Assembly (NCBI GenBank): GCA_963514005.1
Contig: OY740824.1
Coordinates: 5,456,001-5,520,000, forward strand
Source of the DNA: Raja brachyura
Taxonomy: Eukaryota
DNA length: 64,000 nt
Reading direction: 5' to 3'
The position numbers and the translations under genes are program-made. The notes under the pieces are model-generated. The model was given only the letters and a program-made list of their open reading frames with translations, was not told where the DNA came from and did no database searches. Below are positions 1-12,872 of this stretch, piece after piece (within the stretch, counting starts at the first letter, position 1; each line of letters starts with the position of its first letter).

Positions 1-3000
1 ATCGTCCGCCATCAAAAACCCGTCCCTGCCTTCTCCCCATATCCCTTGACTCCACTAGCCCCTAGAGCTCTATCCAACTCTCTCTTAAATCCATATCCCT
101 TGGCCTCCACTGCCCTCTGTGGCAGGGAATTACATAAATTCACGATTCTCTGGGTAAAAAAGTTTTTTCTCAGCTCAGTCTGAAATGACCTCCCTGTTAT
201 TCTAAGACTGTGGTCCCTGGTTCTGGACTGACCCAACATTGGGAACATTTTTTGTCTGCATCTAGCTTGTCCAGTCCTTTTATAATTTTATATGTTTATA
301 TAAGATACCCCTCATCCTTTTAAAATCCAGTGAATACAAGCCTAGTCTTTTGAATCTTTCCTCATCTGACAGTCCCGCCATCCCAGGGATCAATCTCGTG
401 AACCAACGCTGCACTGCCTCAATCACACGGATGTCCTTCCTCAAATTAGGAGACCAAAACTTTACACAATACTCCAGATGTGGTCTCAACAGAGCCCTAT
501 ACAATTGCAGAAGAACCTCTTTACTCCTGTACTGAAACCGTCTTGTTATGAAGGCCAACATTCCATTAGCTTTCTTTCACTGCCTGCTGTACCTGCACAC
601 CAACTTTCAGTGACTGGTGTACAAGGACACCCAGGTCTCGCTCTACATCCCCCTTACCTCATCTAACCCCATTTACATAATAATCTGCCCCCTTGTTTTT
701 GCCGCCAAAGTGGATAACCTCACATTTATCTATATTACACTGCATCTGCCACGCATCTGCCCACTCATTCAACCTCTCCGTTCACTCCTACTCTTTGCTT
801 CGGATCTGCCAACCAATTTTCTATCCATGTCAACACCCTACCCCCAATACCATGAGCTCTAATTTTAGTCAACAGTCTCCCATGCGGTACCTTATCAAAG
901 GTTTTCTGAAAGTCTAGATACACTACATGCACTGGCATCCCTTCATCCAGTTTATGTGTCACATCCTCAAAAAATTCCAAAAGATTAGTCAAGCATGATT
1001 TCCCTTTCATAAATCCATGTTGACTTGGACATAATCATTTCACTGCTATACAAATGCTCCATTATTACTTCTTTAATAATTGACTCCATCATCTTTCCCA
1101 CCACCTAAGTCAGGCTAACTGGTCTGTAATTCCCCGTTTTCTTTCTCGCTCCTTTCCTGAAAAGTGGAATAACATTAGCTATCCTCCAATCCACAGGAAC
1201 TGATGCTAAATCTATTGAACATTGGAAAATGATCACCAATGCGTCCAGTATTTCTAGAGCCACCTCCCTGAGGACCCTGGGATGCAGACCATCAGGCCCA
1301 GGCGATTTATCATCATTCAGTCCATTAGCCTGCCCAATACTATTTCTCGCCTAATGAATATCTCTTTCAGTTCCTCTGCCCCCTTAGATCCTCTGTCCTG
1401 CAGTGCATCTGGGAGATTGTTTGTGTTCTCCTTCGTGAAGACGGATCCGAAGTACATATTCAACTCTTCTGCAATTATCTCGTTATCTCGTTGCCTATAA
1501 TTCTTTCACCCGTGTCTGCCTTCAAGGGACCCACATTTGACTTTGCTACTCTTTTTCCCTTAACATATCTAAAGAAGCTTTTACTGTCCTTCTTTATATT
1601 CCTGGCCAGCTTCCCCTCGGCTACTCTTTGCTGTGTTATAGATGTTTCTTTTAGTTTCATTCTATCGCTAACCTCTCTTGTCAGCCACGGTTGCCTCCTA
1701 CTCTCCTTAGAATCGTTCTTCCTTTTAGGAATGAAATGATCCTGCGTCTTCCGGATTATGCCCAGCAATTCCTGCCATTGCCGATCCACCGTCATTCCTG
1801 GTAGGATCCCTTTCCAGTCTACTTTGGCCAGCTCCCCTCTCCTGCCTTCCTAGTCCCATTTGTTCAACTGCATAACTGCCACTTCCGATTTGACGTTCTC
1901 CTTCTCAAATTGCAGATTTAAACGAATCATATTACGATGACTACATTCAAGCGGTTCCTTTACCTCGAGTTCTCTTATCATATCTGGTTCATTGGACAGC
2001 ACTAAATCCAGAATTGCCTTTTCTCTGGTCGGCTCCATTACAAGCTGCTCTAAGAATCCATCTCGGAGGCATTCTACAAACTCTCTGTCTTGGGGTCCTG
2101 AACCAACCTGTTTTTCCCAGTCTACCTGCATATTTAAATCCCGCATCACCACAGTGGCATTACCTTTGTTACATGCCAGTTTTAGCTCCTGCTGCAACTT
2201 GCACCCTACATCCGGGCTACTATTTGGGGGTCTGTAAATAACACCAATTAGTGTCTTCTTGCCTTTACAATTCATCAACTCAATCCACAATGACTCTACC
2301 TCGTCATTCCGTATGTCTTCCCTCGCAAGGGACTGAATTCCATCCCTCACCAGCAAAGCTACCCCTCCTCCTCTGCCCACCTGCCTGTCCTTTCAATAGG
2401 ATGTATAACCCTGATTATTAAGTTACCAGGCCCGAACCGCCAGCAGCCACGTCTCAACAATCCCCACAATGTCATATCTACCAACCTCTGAGCCTCAATC
2501 TCATCTACTTTACTTTTTATACTTCACACATACATATACAATACCTTTAATTCCTTACGCATCTCACCTTTCACATCGATCCCTATTACACTTGGCCATA
2601 CTCTCCTATCCATTTATGAGCTTCCTTTCCAGTTAATTCTGGGGTCATTAACCATCCCTTTACTCTCTTTCCCTTTAACTCCATCGTCGACTATCTCATT
2701 TGACACCCCACTCCCCTTATTCAGTTTAAAACCACCCGTGTCGCAGTGGCAAACCTGCCTGCCAGAATGCTGGTCCCCCACCTGTTAAGATGCAATCCGT
2801 CCCTTTTGTACAGTCCCCTCTTACTCCAAAACAGCTCCCAGTGATCTAAGAATCTAAATCCCTGCCCCCTGCACCAGTTACTCAGCCACACATGCAGGTC
2901 CCGTATCTCCCTGTTCCTGCTCTCGCCAGCACGAGGAACTGGAAGCAAACCGGAGATAACAACCCTGGAGGTCTTGCATTTCAGCATTTTTCCGAGCTCC

Positions 3001-4423
3001 CTAAAGTCACGCTGCAGAATATTCATCCCCTTCTTTCCGACATCGTTAGTGCCGACATGCTCTACCACTTCCGGCTGTTCACCTTCGCCCTTGACGATTT
3101 TCTGCACGCTGTCCGTGTTCGGCGCTTCCCCCACCCCCTGGCGCATGCTATGTAGTTACCTTTTCTGTTTCTCTCCAGAGTGCAGGCCCCGTGGCTGGGA
3201 GTCAGGAATCAAGGGGTTAAGAGCTCCTGCACCGATTGGCCAAGCTGCGTCAGGTGACCGGCGACTCATCGGAAGCTTAAATAGCAGGAGATCCCAGAAT
3301 TCTCTCTCTTCTTCGCCGACCCTGACAAGTGAACAGGCTGCCGATCTGAGCTGCAGGAGGCCTGGCGGCATGGCGTAGAACTTTGTCTATTGTTACCTAT
3401 ATTTGTCATTTAATGTTGTATTGGGACGGATAAAGGCTGACCTGAGGGTTTTCGTGTATTTCGTTGCAGGGTTATCTCTATTTAGGCAGGATTGGAGACT
3501 CCAGTTCGACAGTCCATTGCCAGGCTGGCAGTAGCACTGTTATATTTATATGTTAGTCGATTCTTGTCCCCGTTGTTTAAATCAGGTTCGGGTTTTTGTC
3601 TTCTTTTAACAAAATTAAGACTATTTTCTTAAACTTGAACCTGGTTTTTGATTATGTTACGCGACTCTGAGGTACCTGCCTTCGGGAGTCGTAACAGTCC
3701 GTGACATCATGGATCCTGGCACCTGGAAGGCAGCACACCATCCTCGAATTCCGCCTGTGACCGCACCTCTCACAATGGAGTCTCCAACTACAATGACGTT
3801 GCCTGATGTTGGCCTCTTTGGTTTTGGCTCATCAGCCGCTCAGTGTTTAACGTCTTCTGTCCCGACAGCTTCTAAGTGGGTGTACCTGTTGACAAGAGGT
3901 TCAATGCCCGGAGAACTTTGCCTTCCAATGTTCCTTCCCTTTCCCACCGTCACCCACTATTTCCCTTTTTCCCTTAGGTGTAACAATCTGACTCTAGGAC
4001 TTGGCGAGGAACAACTTAGTTTCTCGGACGAACCTGAGGTAATCCACTTGCTTCTCCAATTCCCCAACACGGGTTTCAGGAGCTGTACCTGGATGCACTT
4101 CTCACATTTGTAGCCGTCAGAGGCACCAGAAGTGTCCTTGACCTCCCACATACAGCAAGCATCACACTGAATCAGCTTGCTTGACATCTCCTTCTTTCGT
4201 CTCTCCCTCAACAGCATTTTCCGTAGCCTCCTCTCCTCTGCCTCCTCGGCGAAGACCCTGGAGCCAAAGACTCGCACTTTTCACACAGGGCACTTTCCTC
4301 ACAAGGCTGCCCCCTCACCGCCGCGCCCCAAGAGCTGCCTGCTTGCATTGACTGATAAATTACATTATTTACCAATTTACAAACCAAATTCCGCAGTTTT
4401 CAACTGTTTCCCCCCTCTGACTC
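1..4423 (-). mobile_element. Degenerate near-full-length CR1 LINE (ORF1 zinc finger + SGNH esterase; ORF2 APE-RT), interrupted by a solo LTR
   Basis: Minus-strand ORF fragments: IQCDACCMWEV (ORF1 Zn finger), HVGTND/DGLHLN (esterase), GVIYRPPN and ILDLVLSNEP (APE), GKSCLTNLLEFFE/YLDFQKTFDKVPH (RT), LYRALLRPHLEYC (C-terminal); many stops and frameshifts. Confidence 0.9.
3116..3696 (+). mobile_element. Solo LTR of the Gmr1-type Gypsy element
   Basis: TG...CA ends (tgttcg...cgtaaca); 5-bp TSD GTCCG at 3111-3115 and 3697-3701; matches LTR sequence at about 24325-24810 and 29466-31581; empty site in unit C near 53518. Confidence 0.9.
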
Positions 4424-5347
4424 TGTGGTCTCCATCAATGGAACACTGTCTGGGAATCAGCGTTCGGATGGTCAGGAGAGATGGTAAGAATTTCCTCAGT
4501 TGCAGGGATAATAGTAATAAATATTCGCCCACAAACATGCTGAGACTCAGACTTTGGGTATGTTCTGTCCTTGAAGTTCTGGGAAGTTCACGTGGCTTCG
4601 TGCAGGACAATGATGCAGAAGTAATGAATTCGATTGATGCATCTGTCCTGATGTTTATTATGTTATTTCTTAAAACAGAGAATGAAGGCCATGAAGCAAG
4701 CTCTCCGTCGTATCTTGGTGAATGTTCTCCCATCTTTCTAGAAGTGGTAAAATAGTTTAATAAGTCTATAGTTTGACAGTCCTTTATTGTCACGTGTACA
4801 CTGAGATACATTGAAATTTGATGTTACCATACAAACATACAAACAAAAGTAACAACATACAAAGTTACATAAAAAGCAAACATGAACACCCGCCATAGCG
4901 CCGTGCGAGAATCCCAAGTCACACAGCATAGACGGAGAGCCGCAACCGTCTGTCCAATGTCCGGGCCACACACACGCTTCACCGTGATGTGACCAGAGTT
5001 GCACCGACCGTTTGTCGCTCTCTCTATCCCCGCAACACGAAGACCACGCACTCACGGCAACCCTCCGAGTCCCCGCCAGCGCAGGCAGAATCTATCTTAC
5101 GCTCGGAGACCTCGCAGTCCTCACTGTGACGGAAGGCGAATACATTTTACGTTCTTCCTCCTTCAAATGCCGGTTGATAAAGAATATATTTCCCCACATA
5201 TTGTTGCAGTAAACATTTCCAGCATAATACCGCTGGGAAATTACTCAACACCTCCCTGAACCATAGTTCCATGCTCAGTGTTTTTAGATTAGTGGGTGGA
5301 TAAAGAAATAATGCAGGATTAAGAATCACGTGCAGTCAGAGAAGACT

Positions 5348-5655
5348 ATCGCGCCACAGTGCTCTGGCCAGAAGAACTGCTGACTCACCGAGCCAAAGCA
5401 ATGCATTCGATCCCGATCCCAGATGTTTCTGTGTGTGGCATTTGCACGTTCTCATTTTGCCTGTGTACATTTCGTCCGAATACTCCGGTTCCCCCCGACA
5501 TCCAATAGACATAATGATTTTCGGTCAATTAAGCTCTGTAAATTATCCCTAGTGTACCGGATGTGGATGGGGAAAGTAGGACAACATAACTCTGACGAAA
5601 GGGTGACCGACGGCCGGCGTGGACCTGTTCGACCAAAGTGCCCGTATCATGGAGT
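5348..5655 (+). mobile_element. Degenerate V-SINE (HE1-like)
   Basis: Degenerate B-box (ttcgatccc) followed by a V-domain-like tract tgtgtggcatttgcacgttctc...tactccggttcccccc-gacatcc; paralogous copy at about 34165-34470. Confidence 0.55.
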
Positions 5656-6165
5656 CATAGATTCATAGAGGGATACAGCATGGAAACAGGGCGTTCGGCC
5701 CAACCTGCCCCCCACGACCAACATGACCCAGCTGCACTAGTCCCATCTCCACGCGTTTGGCCCTTATCCCATTAAACCATACTTCTATGTATCTGACTAA
5801 CTGTTTCTTAAAGGGTGGGATAGTTACTGCATCTACAAGCTCTTCCGGGAGCTTGTTCCATGCACCCACCGCACTTTGTGTGAAAAAGTTCCCCCTCATA
5901 TTGATATGAAATCGTTTCCCCTTCGCCTTAACCCTATGTCCTCTGGACCTCGATTCACCTACTCTGGTCCTACCAAATCTATTCCCCTCATGATTGTATA
6001 CACCTCTATGAGCTCACTCCGAATCCGCGTGTACTCCAAGGAATAGAGTCCCAGCCACCTCAACCTCTCCCTATACCTCAGACCACGGACTTGAAGGGCC
6101 GAGATGGCCTGTTTCCGTGCTGTAATTGTTATATGGTTATATGGTCCTGGCAACATTCTCGAAAA
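5656..6165 (-). mobile_element. CR1 LINE 3' fragment
   Basis: Minus-strand ORF2 C-terminal remnants (RERLRWLGLYSLE, MRGNFFTQSAVGAWNKLP) and a short-repeat tail; copies in units B and C. Confidence 0.75.
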
Positions 6166-7061
6166 ACGATTCCTTCAATCTTACCCTTTCCAGCTTGAAA
6201 ACATATTTCCATTAACATGGTGCCCATCATGATATCCATGATGTATATTTCATTCACTTCAAATGAACAGGTATCATTTTCTTCTGCACAAATTCCCAGC
6301 AGAGCCTAGTTCGAATATTTTTTCAGCAACTCTTCAATCGAGGCATTCAGCACTCACAGAGATCACTGTCCTCACTATCCATTCATCTCCTCTGTCGCAG
6401 CTTTTTGCACTCGCATTCCTCGTAGGAGCGCCCGTTGTTCAGCCACGCTGGCCATAGCCAGAAACGAGACATGAATGTGAAGCTGGAAGCAATTACTCCA
6501 ATGTTGACTGCCGCATGTGAGTAAGGCTGCAGGAGTGGAGTCCAGGGTTTTAGGTCAGGAAAAATATCTCAGCCTGGATTCGCTCCGCCTGTCAAAGGTC
6601 ATGTCCACACATCCGACATCAACTCGCTTTTATTTTCCCGCTTTCAAATCAACCGTCCCAGATTCTACCGCTTATCTGTACAGTGGGGGAATAGGCAATG
6701 GACAATTCACTAATCGGCAGGTTCATATGAATCGAGGTCACCCGTGGAACCCCACGCAGCCATAGAATCGGAACGACACTTGCACTTTAGGTAGCGTTTA
6801 AGAGGCCCACCAACATCCCTACCACACAACGCATTTCTACCGCTCACTCCACAACGCATTCAAACACTCAAACTCCCGATGCAGAGCTGAATATGAAAGC
6901 GCGGAAGAGCAAGTTATTCTCAGCATGTACTGACCCCAGATTCAGAGACACAGAGCAGTGCAAATATATTACCAGTTAGTGAAATCATGTTATGTTCAGA
7001 CACATTATGGTCATCCACACTCACACAGAATGCTCTGAAGCATGCACGTGCCCGATGACAG

Positions 7062-7466
7062 GCTGGCTCTCTCGCGGCCGGGCTGGGTCTCTCACGGGGG
7101 GTCTGGCTTTGCTCACAGCCGGGCTGGGTCTCTCACGGCCGGGCTGGCTCTCTCGCGGCCGGGCTGGCTTTGCTCACGGCCGGCATTGTTCTCTCGCGGC
7201 CGGGCTGGCTCTCTCGCGGCCGGGCTGCTTCTGCTCAGGGCCGGGCTGGCTCTCTCACGGCGGGCTGGCACTCTCGCGGCCGGGCTGGCTCACTCGCGGC
7301 CGGGCTGGCTCACTCGCGGCCGGGCTGGCTCACTCGCGGCCGGGCTGGCTCACTCGCGGCCGGGCTGGCTCACTCGCGGCCGGGCTGGCTCTCTCACGGC
7401 GGGCTGGCTCTCTCACGGCGGGCTGGCACTCTCGCGGCCGGGCTGGCTTTGCTCGCGGCCTGGCTG
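7062..7466. repeat. GC-rich minisatellite, about 20-bp unit CTCTCGCGGCCGGGCTGGCT, about 20 copies
   Basis: Directly visible tandem array; explains the repetitive SRPGWL/RGRAG ORFs. Confidence 0.95.
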
Positions 7467-8665
7467 GAGACTCGACTGTCGTCGGTGGCGGTTGCTGGGC
7501 CTGTCTGCGGGCTGCATGGTACTGGACCCACACCAGATGCCGGTGGCGGCTGCTGGGCCTGGCCGTGGGCTGCACGGCCCTGGAAATCGTTCCAGGAAAG
7601 CTGACACCGTCGCTGCCCTGGTCAGGCTTCTAGCTTCCAGCTGCACTCTTCGGTGATCCTCACTGCCCCGCTTGGTTTTGTTGCCCTCTTGCTTCCCGTT
7701 CCGACTTGTTTTTCTTTGGCGCCAATTCAAATGCAATTTGGCGCTAAATCCTTTTGCTTGGTGCTGTTCCAATTTGTGTCGCCAAATACAAACACTTTTT
7801 AAACTTTTTTATTTTCTCTTGGCAGCACTCGTTCTTCGCTTCTCTGTTCTTTCATCCTCGTCGCCAATTGTTGTGTATTCGGTGCTAGAAAAGAACTCGG
7901 ACACGGGAGGTAAATGACAAGCCGGTCCGTGTTGACATTTTCACACAAAAAGTGTTACGTATGTTGAACAAGCTATCCGAGGAGATGGTATAGGCGGGTA
8001 CCATTACAAAAGTTAACATTCATTTTAGGTAGATCGATGGTAGGAAAGTCTCAGAGAGAGATGGAACACCTGGGATAAACTCAACTTCTCACAAAGATAA
8101 TGTGCAAACTCCACAAGGGCAGCAGCCGTGGTCAGTACTGAACCGGTTCAGTGTTGCCGTGAGGCAGCAGCTCTACGAGCTGTGTCGCTGTTGTTGAGAG
8201 CAAAGGTCAGTTTGCAGTCGGCAGTTGCAGTTGATGGTTGCGGCTTCGAGTGCAAACAGACACTCGGGCCCATAAGTGGCAGTGGACACCGCTGTACAGC
8301 ACCGAGGAAACAATGCGAGCAGATATTCTGGATCAGACAGCACACCATCTGTCATCTCAGATGGAGGAGAAGTATCCCAATGTATACAGCATCAAAAACA
8401 TGATGTTCCTTTCAGTAAAGACGGGAAAATATAATTTACTCTGCCATTCCCGACACCATCCTCTTCCGACCGATTTGCCTCCAGTGAAGTGATGCGAGTG
8501 TGAAGAGAGTAAACATAGGATCCATGAAAGGCGCGGCGTTTTGCCGGCACTAACAAAGTTGAATGATGCAGCATCTCTGTCATTTTGTGAAACTTCATAT
8601 CTCTCTGTTACTCATCTATTTCTGATCGTTGTTTTTTTATCAAATATGGTCTTTGGAGCAAACTC

Positions 8666-8699
8666 GGTCTGAAGAAGGGTCTCGACCCGAAACGTCGCC
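8666..8699 (+). ncRNA. Minimal type I hammerhead ribozyme within a 100-bp Penelope-type retroelement fragment (about 8664-8763)
   Basis: ggt-CTGAAGA-a-gggtc-tc-gaccc-GAAAC-GTC-gcc: CUGANGA core, stem II GGGUC/GACCC, GAAA box, GUC cleavage triplet and short stem I GGU/GCC; fragment is absent from units B and C. Confidence 0.7.
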
Positions 8700-8914
8700 T
8701 ATCTCCTTCGCTCCTTAGATGCTGCTGCACCCGCTGAGTTTCTCCAGCGTTTTGTGTAACCTTCTATTAATAAAGCACAGCTGATCGTTTCCATCGTTTC
8801 ACCCCAAACAGCCGAATCGCATATATACATTGTTATTGCTTTACTTGAATTCCCCTTGCTGTAGACAGCGTGTAGCTTACTCATACTCGAAATCATTTCC
8901 TCAGAATACCGATG

Positions 8915-10400
8915 ATTTTCAGTCGACTTTCTCATCAACAGACCACAGTGTTTGAATTGGCAAAACACTTCTTCCACAATCACCATCGCTACGGGGGGAC
9001 ATCAAGCTGTGTGCGCAGCCCCCATACTCTATCCACTCTCTCCTCACGTCAGTTTAGCTTGGCACAGTGTGAACTCCATCTTCAAGTTCTCCGACGTTAC
9101 TGCCGTTGTTGGACGAATTACAGATGATGATGAGTCAGAGTATCGAGGTGAGATCGATCGACTGACGAAGTAGTGCCAGCACAACAACCTGCTTCTCAAT
9201 GTCAATAAGACAAATTAACTGATCGATGTCTGGAAGAGGAAGGACGAGGTCCCTCAAACCTGTCTATATCGAGATGGTGGAGAGAGTCCAAAGTATCAAA
9301 TCCCTTGGCGTGCATGTGTCTGAAGATCTTTCCTGGACCCAGCACTTACAATGGAAGTAAGCATTGAGGTACAGCAGGCGGTGAAGAAAGTAATTGGCAT
9401 GTTGGCCTTCATAACAAGAGGATTTGAGTATAGGAGCAAAGGGGTCCTTCCGCAGTTGTACAGGGCCCTAGTGAGACCACACCTGGAGTATTGTGTGCAG
9501 TTTTGGTCTCCCAATTTGAGGAAGCACACTCTTGCTATTGAGGGACTGCAGCGTGGGTTCACCAGGTTAATTCCCGGGATGGCGGGAATGTCATATGTTG
9601 ATAGAGTGGAGCGGCTAGGCTTGTATACTTTGGAGTTTAGAAGGATGAGAGACGATCTTATTGAAACATATAAGATTATATAGGGTTTGGATACGCTAGA
9701 GACAGGAAACATGTTCCCGATGTTTGGGGAGTCCAGAACAAGGGGCCACAGTTTAAAAATAAGGGGCAGTCCACTTAGAACGGGGATGAGGAAAAACGTT
9801 TTCACACAGAGTGTTGTGAGTCTGGAATTCTCTGCCTCAGAGGGTGTTGGAGGGTGGTTCTCAGGATACTTTCAAGAGAGAGCTAGACTGAACTCTTAAA
9901 GAGAGCGGAGTCAAGGGATATGGAGAGAAGACAGGAAATGGGTATTGATTATGGATGATCAGCCATGATCACATTGAATGGCGGTGCTAGCTCGAGTGGC
10001 CGAATGGCCAACTCCTGCAACTATTGCCTATTGCCTGTTGTCAATTGATGCAATTATAACGAAAGCTCATCATGGCCTCTACTTCCTGAGGCATTTGCTG
10101 AGATTCGGTCTGTCAGGGAGAATGATCTTGCAACTGCACAGTCGGGATCGATTTAACTGGTTGCGTCATGGCCTGGTTCGGCACAGAATGCCCAGGAGCG
10201 AAGAAGACTGCAAAAAGTTGTGAACACTGTCCAGTGCATCACAGTTTCTGACCTCCCCACCATCGAATGGATTTACAGGAGTCGCTGCCACACATTCCTT
10301 TCACCGCTGCCACCGGGGAAAAGATATGTGAGCTTGAAAACACTCACATGAGGAACAGTCTATCCCATACACCCAGTGGGGTATTAAACACCACAACCTC
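8915..10400 (+). mobile_element. Old Rex1/Babar-like LINE fragment with a nested CR1 3' fragment (about 9347-10043)
   Basis: IFKFSDVTAVVGRITDDDESEYR and AHHGLYFLRHLLRFG (Rex1-type RT) flank LYRALVRPHLEYCVQFWSP (CR1); same arrangement at about 37660-38775 and 58585-60060. Confidence 0.7.
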
Positions 10401-10486
10401 CATTAACCTCTGAAATACCTTGACTATTAATGCTATTGTTGCATTATCATTGCTGTTTTTTTTTTAATGATTACGCTTGTGTGCAT

Positions 10487-10517
10487 GTGTGTGTGTGTGT
10501 GTGTGTGTGTTTGTGTG
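10487..10517. repeat. (GT)n microsatellite
   Basis: Directly visible; paralog at about 60154-60170 followed by poly-G. Confidence 0.9.
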
Positions 10518-11793
10518 CGGGCGGGGGTGGCATGTGTGAGCATGTGCAGGCAAACACACACACTCGTTTATTTAATTGTTTATAGGAGCCAATGTTAACA
10601 TATTCTGTTGTGCTGCTGCAAGTAAGGATTTCATTGTTCTATTTGTTACATGTGACTCTTGGCACTTGACTCTTAAGAACACGCTTCACTGACTAATGGC
10701 AGTGAATGAATGAAACTAAAATGAGGGAGTAATGAATCAAGTCGGTACCGAAACTCTGTGATACGGGACAATAATTGATGATCAGAAGGTATATCCATCT
10801 ATAGTGGGTGGCATACGTGGGAGTCGAGCTCGCCGTTTATCCGTACATTCTGTTATGGAACCAAGTATCGCCTTTTGTGGTACACCATCCCCAATACACT
10901 GGCTGACGCGGCCTGTGACAACTGTGGCTTATTCATCTAGGTCAGCCGCAAAGTCCTGACATGTGGGCAAGTCCATTGACTCATAACTGTCTGTTATATA
11001 TACCTTGCATACCTATAGAGTGCTCGTACTCCGAAGCAAACCCGTGTCCCCCTCCTCACCTATCCCCGCGTCGTCATCCGTACCGGGAGATGCATGACAC
11101 TCGCAGTGTCCAGCATCTCTAAAAATACATGTACGTAAGACATGTTGGTAGGTGTGGGAGAGTTGGGCCGAAGGCCCCATTGTTACAATGTATGACTCTA
11201 TGATTCTATGACTCTATAATTCTATGACTGCATTTGCTGTCATCCACTTCCAATATTGTAATTTACTGAACTCGGTATACTGTCCCGGCTTTACATGTAC
11301 CGCTATTGTTCTAATACCCTCTTGCGAGTCGAAACTCATATTTATTCGATGCTAGTTCTATCACTGCGATTCTGGCGAAACTTTGAAAGTTTGTTACAGC
11401 TTGTTGAATTTCGTTTGAGCTTCGGCAGAGAAGAACCGTTTTACAGAATAAGAAAAGCCACGCCGCACATGTTGAACGTGTTACTGTAGAGCATTCGAAT
11501 TCCGACATTTAAATCAGAATTAGAGGGAAATTACGTAAATATATAATCTCAAGTTTCAGTACTTCCACTTATATTAAAACATCATTAGTGGTTATATATC
11601 GAGTGGTGAAATCATAACTGTGAAAATTGTTGATACCATGTTCAGATACCATGAAGTGATGTCAGTGTTCTTGTGTGTGTCTTCCTGGTCCCATGGGAAG
11701 ACGATCTCTAGTAGATATCAAGCCTTCCTCTAGAACGCGCTGTCAGTTGCATTCCAGCATCGAACATTGAGCTTCTCTTCGCTTCTCGCCAGG

Positions 11794-11893
11794 ATGAAAA
11801 TTACATTCACCGATTATCCGTTTTTTCTGCTGCCTCCCATAGTCCAGGCAGAAATGATTTATTACCCGATTATAGCAGTGCTTGGAATTCTTG
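11794..11893 (+). CDS. GPR139/GPR142-like orphan GPCR copy A, coding exon 1a (MKITFTDYPFFLLPPIVQAEMIYYPIIAVLGIL + G, phase 1)
   Basis: ATG at 11794 and GTAAGT donor at 11894; YYPIIAVLG is the start of TM1; G+CT joins in frame to exon 2 at 15289 to give GILANV; not in the ORF track. Confidence 0.85.
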
Positions 11894-12872
11894 GTAAGTA
11901 ATTGGATCTATGTTACGAATCGTCCATGAAAGCATTTGTTTCTACTCCATTCTTGGCAGATATGTGATGTTTAGATTTCCCTGCCCTCCAATCCAATGAA
12001 AGACGACTCCAGCCGTGTTTCTGAACTCAATATTACCTCGTTTCGGTCACTTGAAATGTACATTTTCAACCGCAAATGCTGCAGTTGTTTGAAATGATTT
12101 AGTCTCTTTCATTGATGGTCTGTTTGACTTAAACTTCCTGCAGTCAATACAATACTTTGTGTTTACTTTATTGGTTCCATTCATCGGCTAGACACTCTTC
12201 CCATCCGGAGACACCAGGTAACGTCTCGTCATTTATAGGTGTAACAAACTGCGCTTCCTCGTCGCCTCTGTGCACACATATATCGGGAACCGTTCGGTTC
12301 CAACAAATACACTATGGTTTATGAGCAAACATTATCCCGGTTGCGGTGCCGTTGGCCAGAATGTCTCCACTGCTTTACACCCAGGTGAAGGATATTATTC
12401 ATCAATATTGCAATGCCTGCCATGGGTGGATATCCACTCTGGCAGGAACAAACATAGTCTACTCTAGGGGAAGCTCAATGTTTCATTCTCTACGCATTGT
12501 TCTGTCCTTGCGCGTGAGAAGCAGTTGCCTTCTGTGGCATCTGTGACAGCAGCAACATCGCTGCCGCAGGGACTCCATTGCACCGAGTAAACAGCTGAAG
12601 GAAGACACGTCTCTGCGTGACACAGCTCACAATCTCAGGTGTGTGTGTGTGGCGGTTCCGATATCCTCACTGTGGTCACTGTGGTGAAATCATAACTGTG
12701 AATATTGTTGATACCGTGTTCAGATACCATGAAGTGATGTTAATGTTCTTGTTTGTGTCTTCCTGATCCCATGGTAAGACTATCTCTAGTGGATATCAAG
12801 TCTTCCTCCAGAACGCGCTGTCGGTTGCATTCCAGCATCGAACATTGAGCTTCTCTCTCACTTCTCTCGAGG

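Noticed and set aside
5590-5650. ctgacgaaaggg... as a second hammerhead ribozyme
   Set aside because: No stem II or GAAA-GUC arrangement; it is part of the SINE tail
7062-7466. Regular repeats as a CRISPR array
   Set aside because: No unique spacers, no cas genes, vertebrate context
6992-7656. Long ORFs in several frames (213, 204 and 144 aa)
   Set aside because: Artefact of the stop-free GC-rich minisatellite
8392-8598. 68-aa minus-strand ORF (MKFHKMTEM...) repeated in all three units
   Set aside because: Short, no motif, and explained by recent duplication
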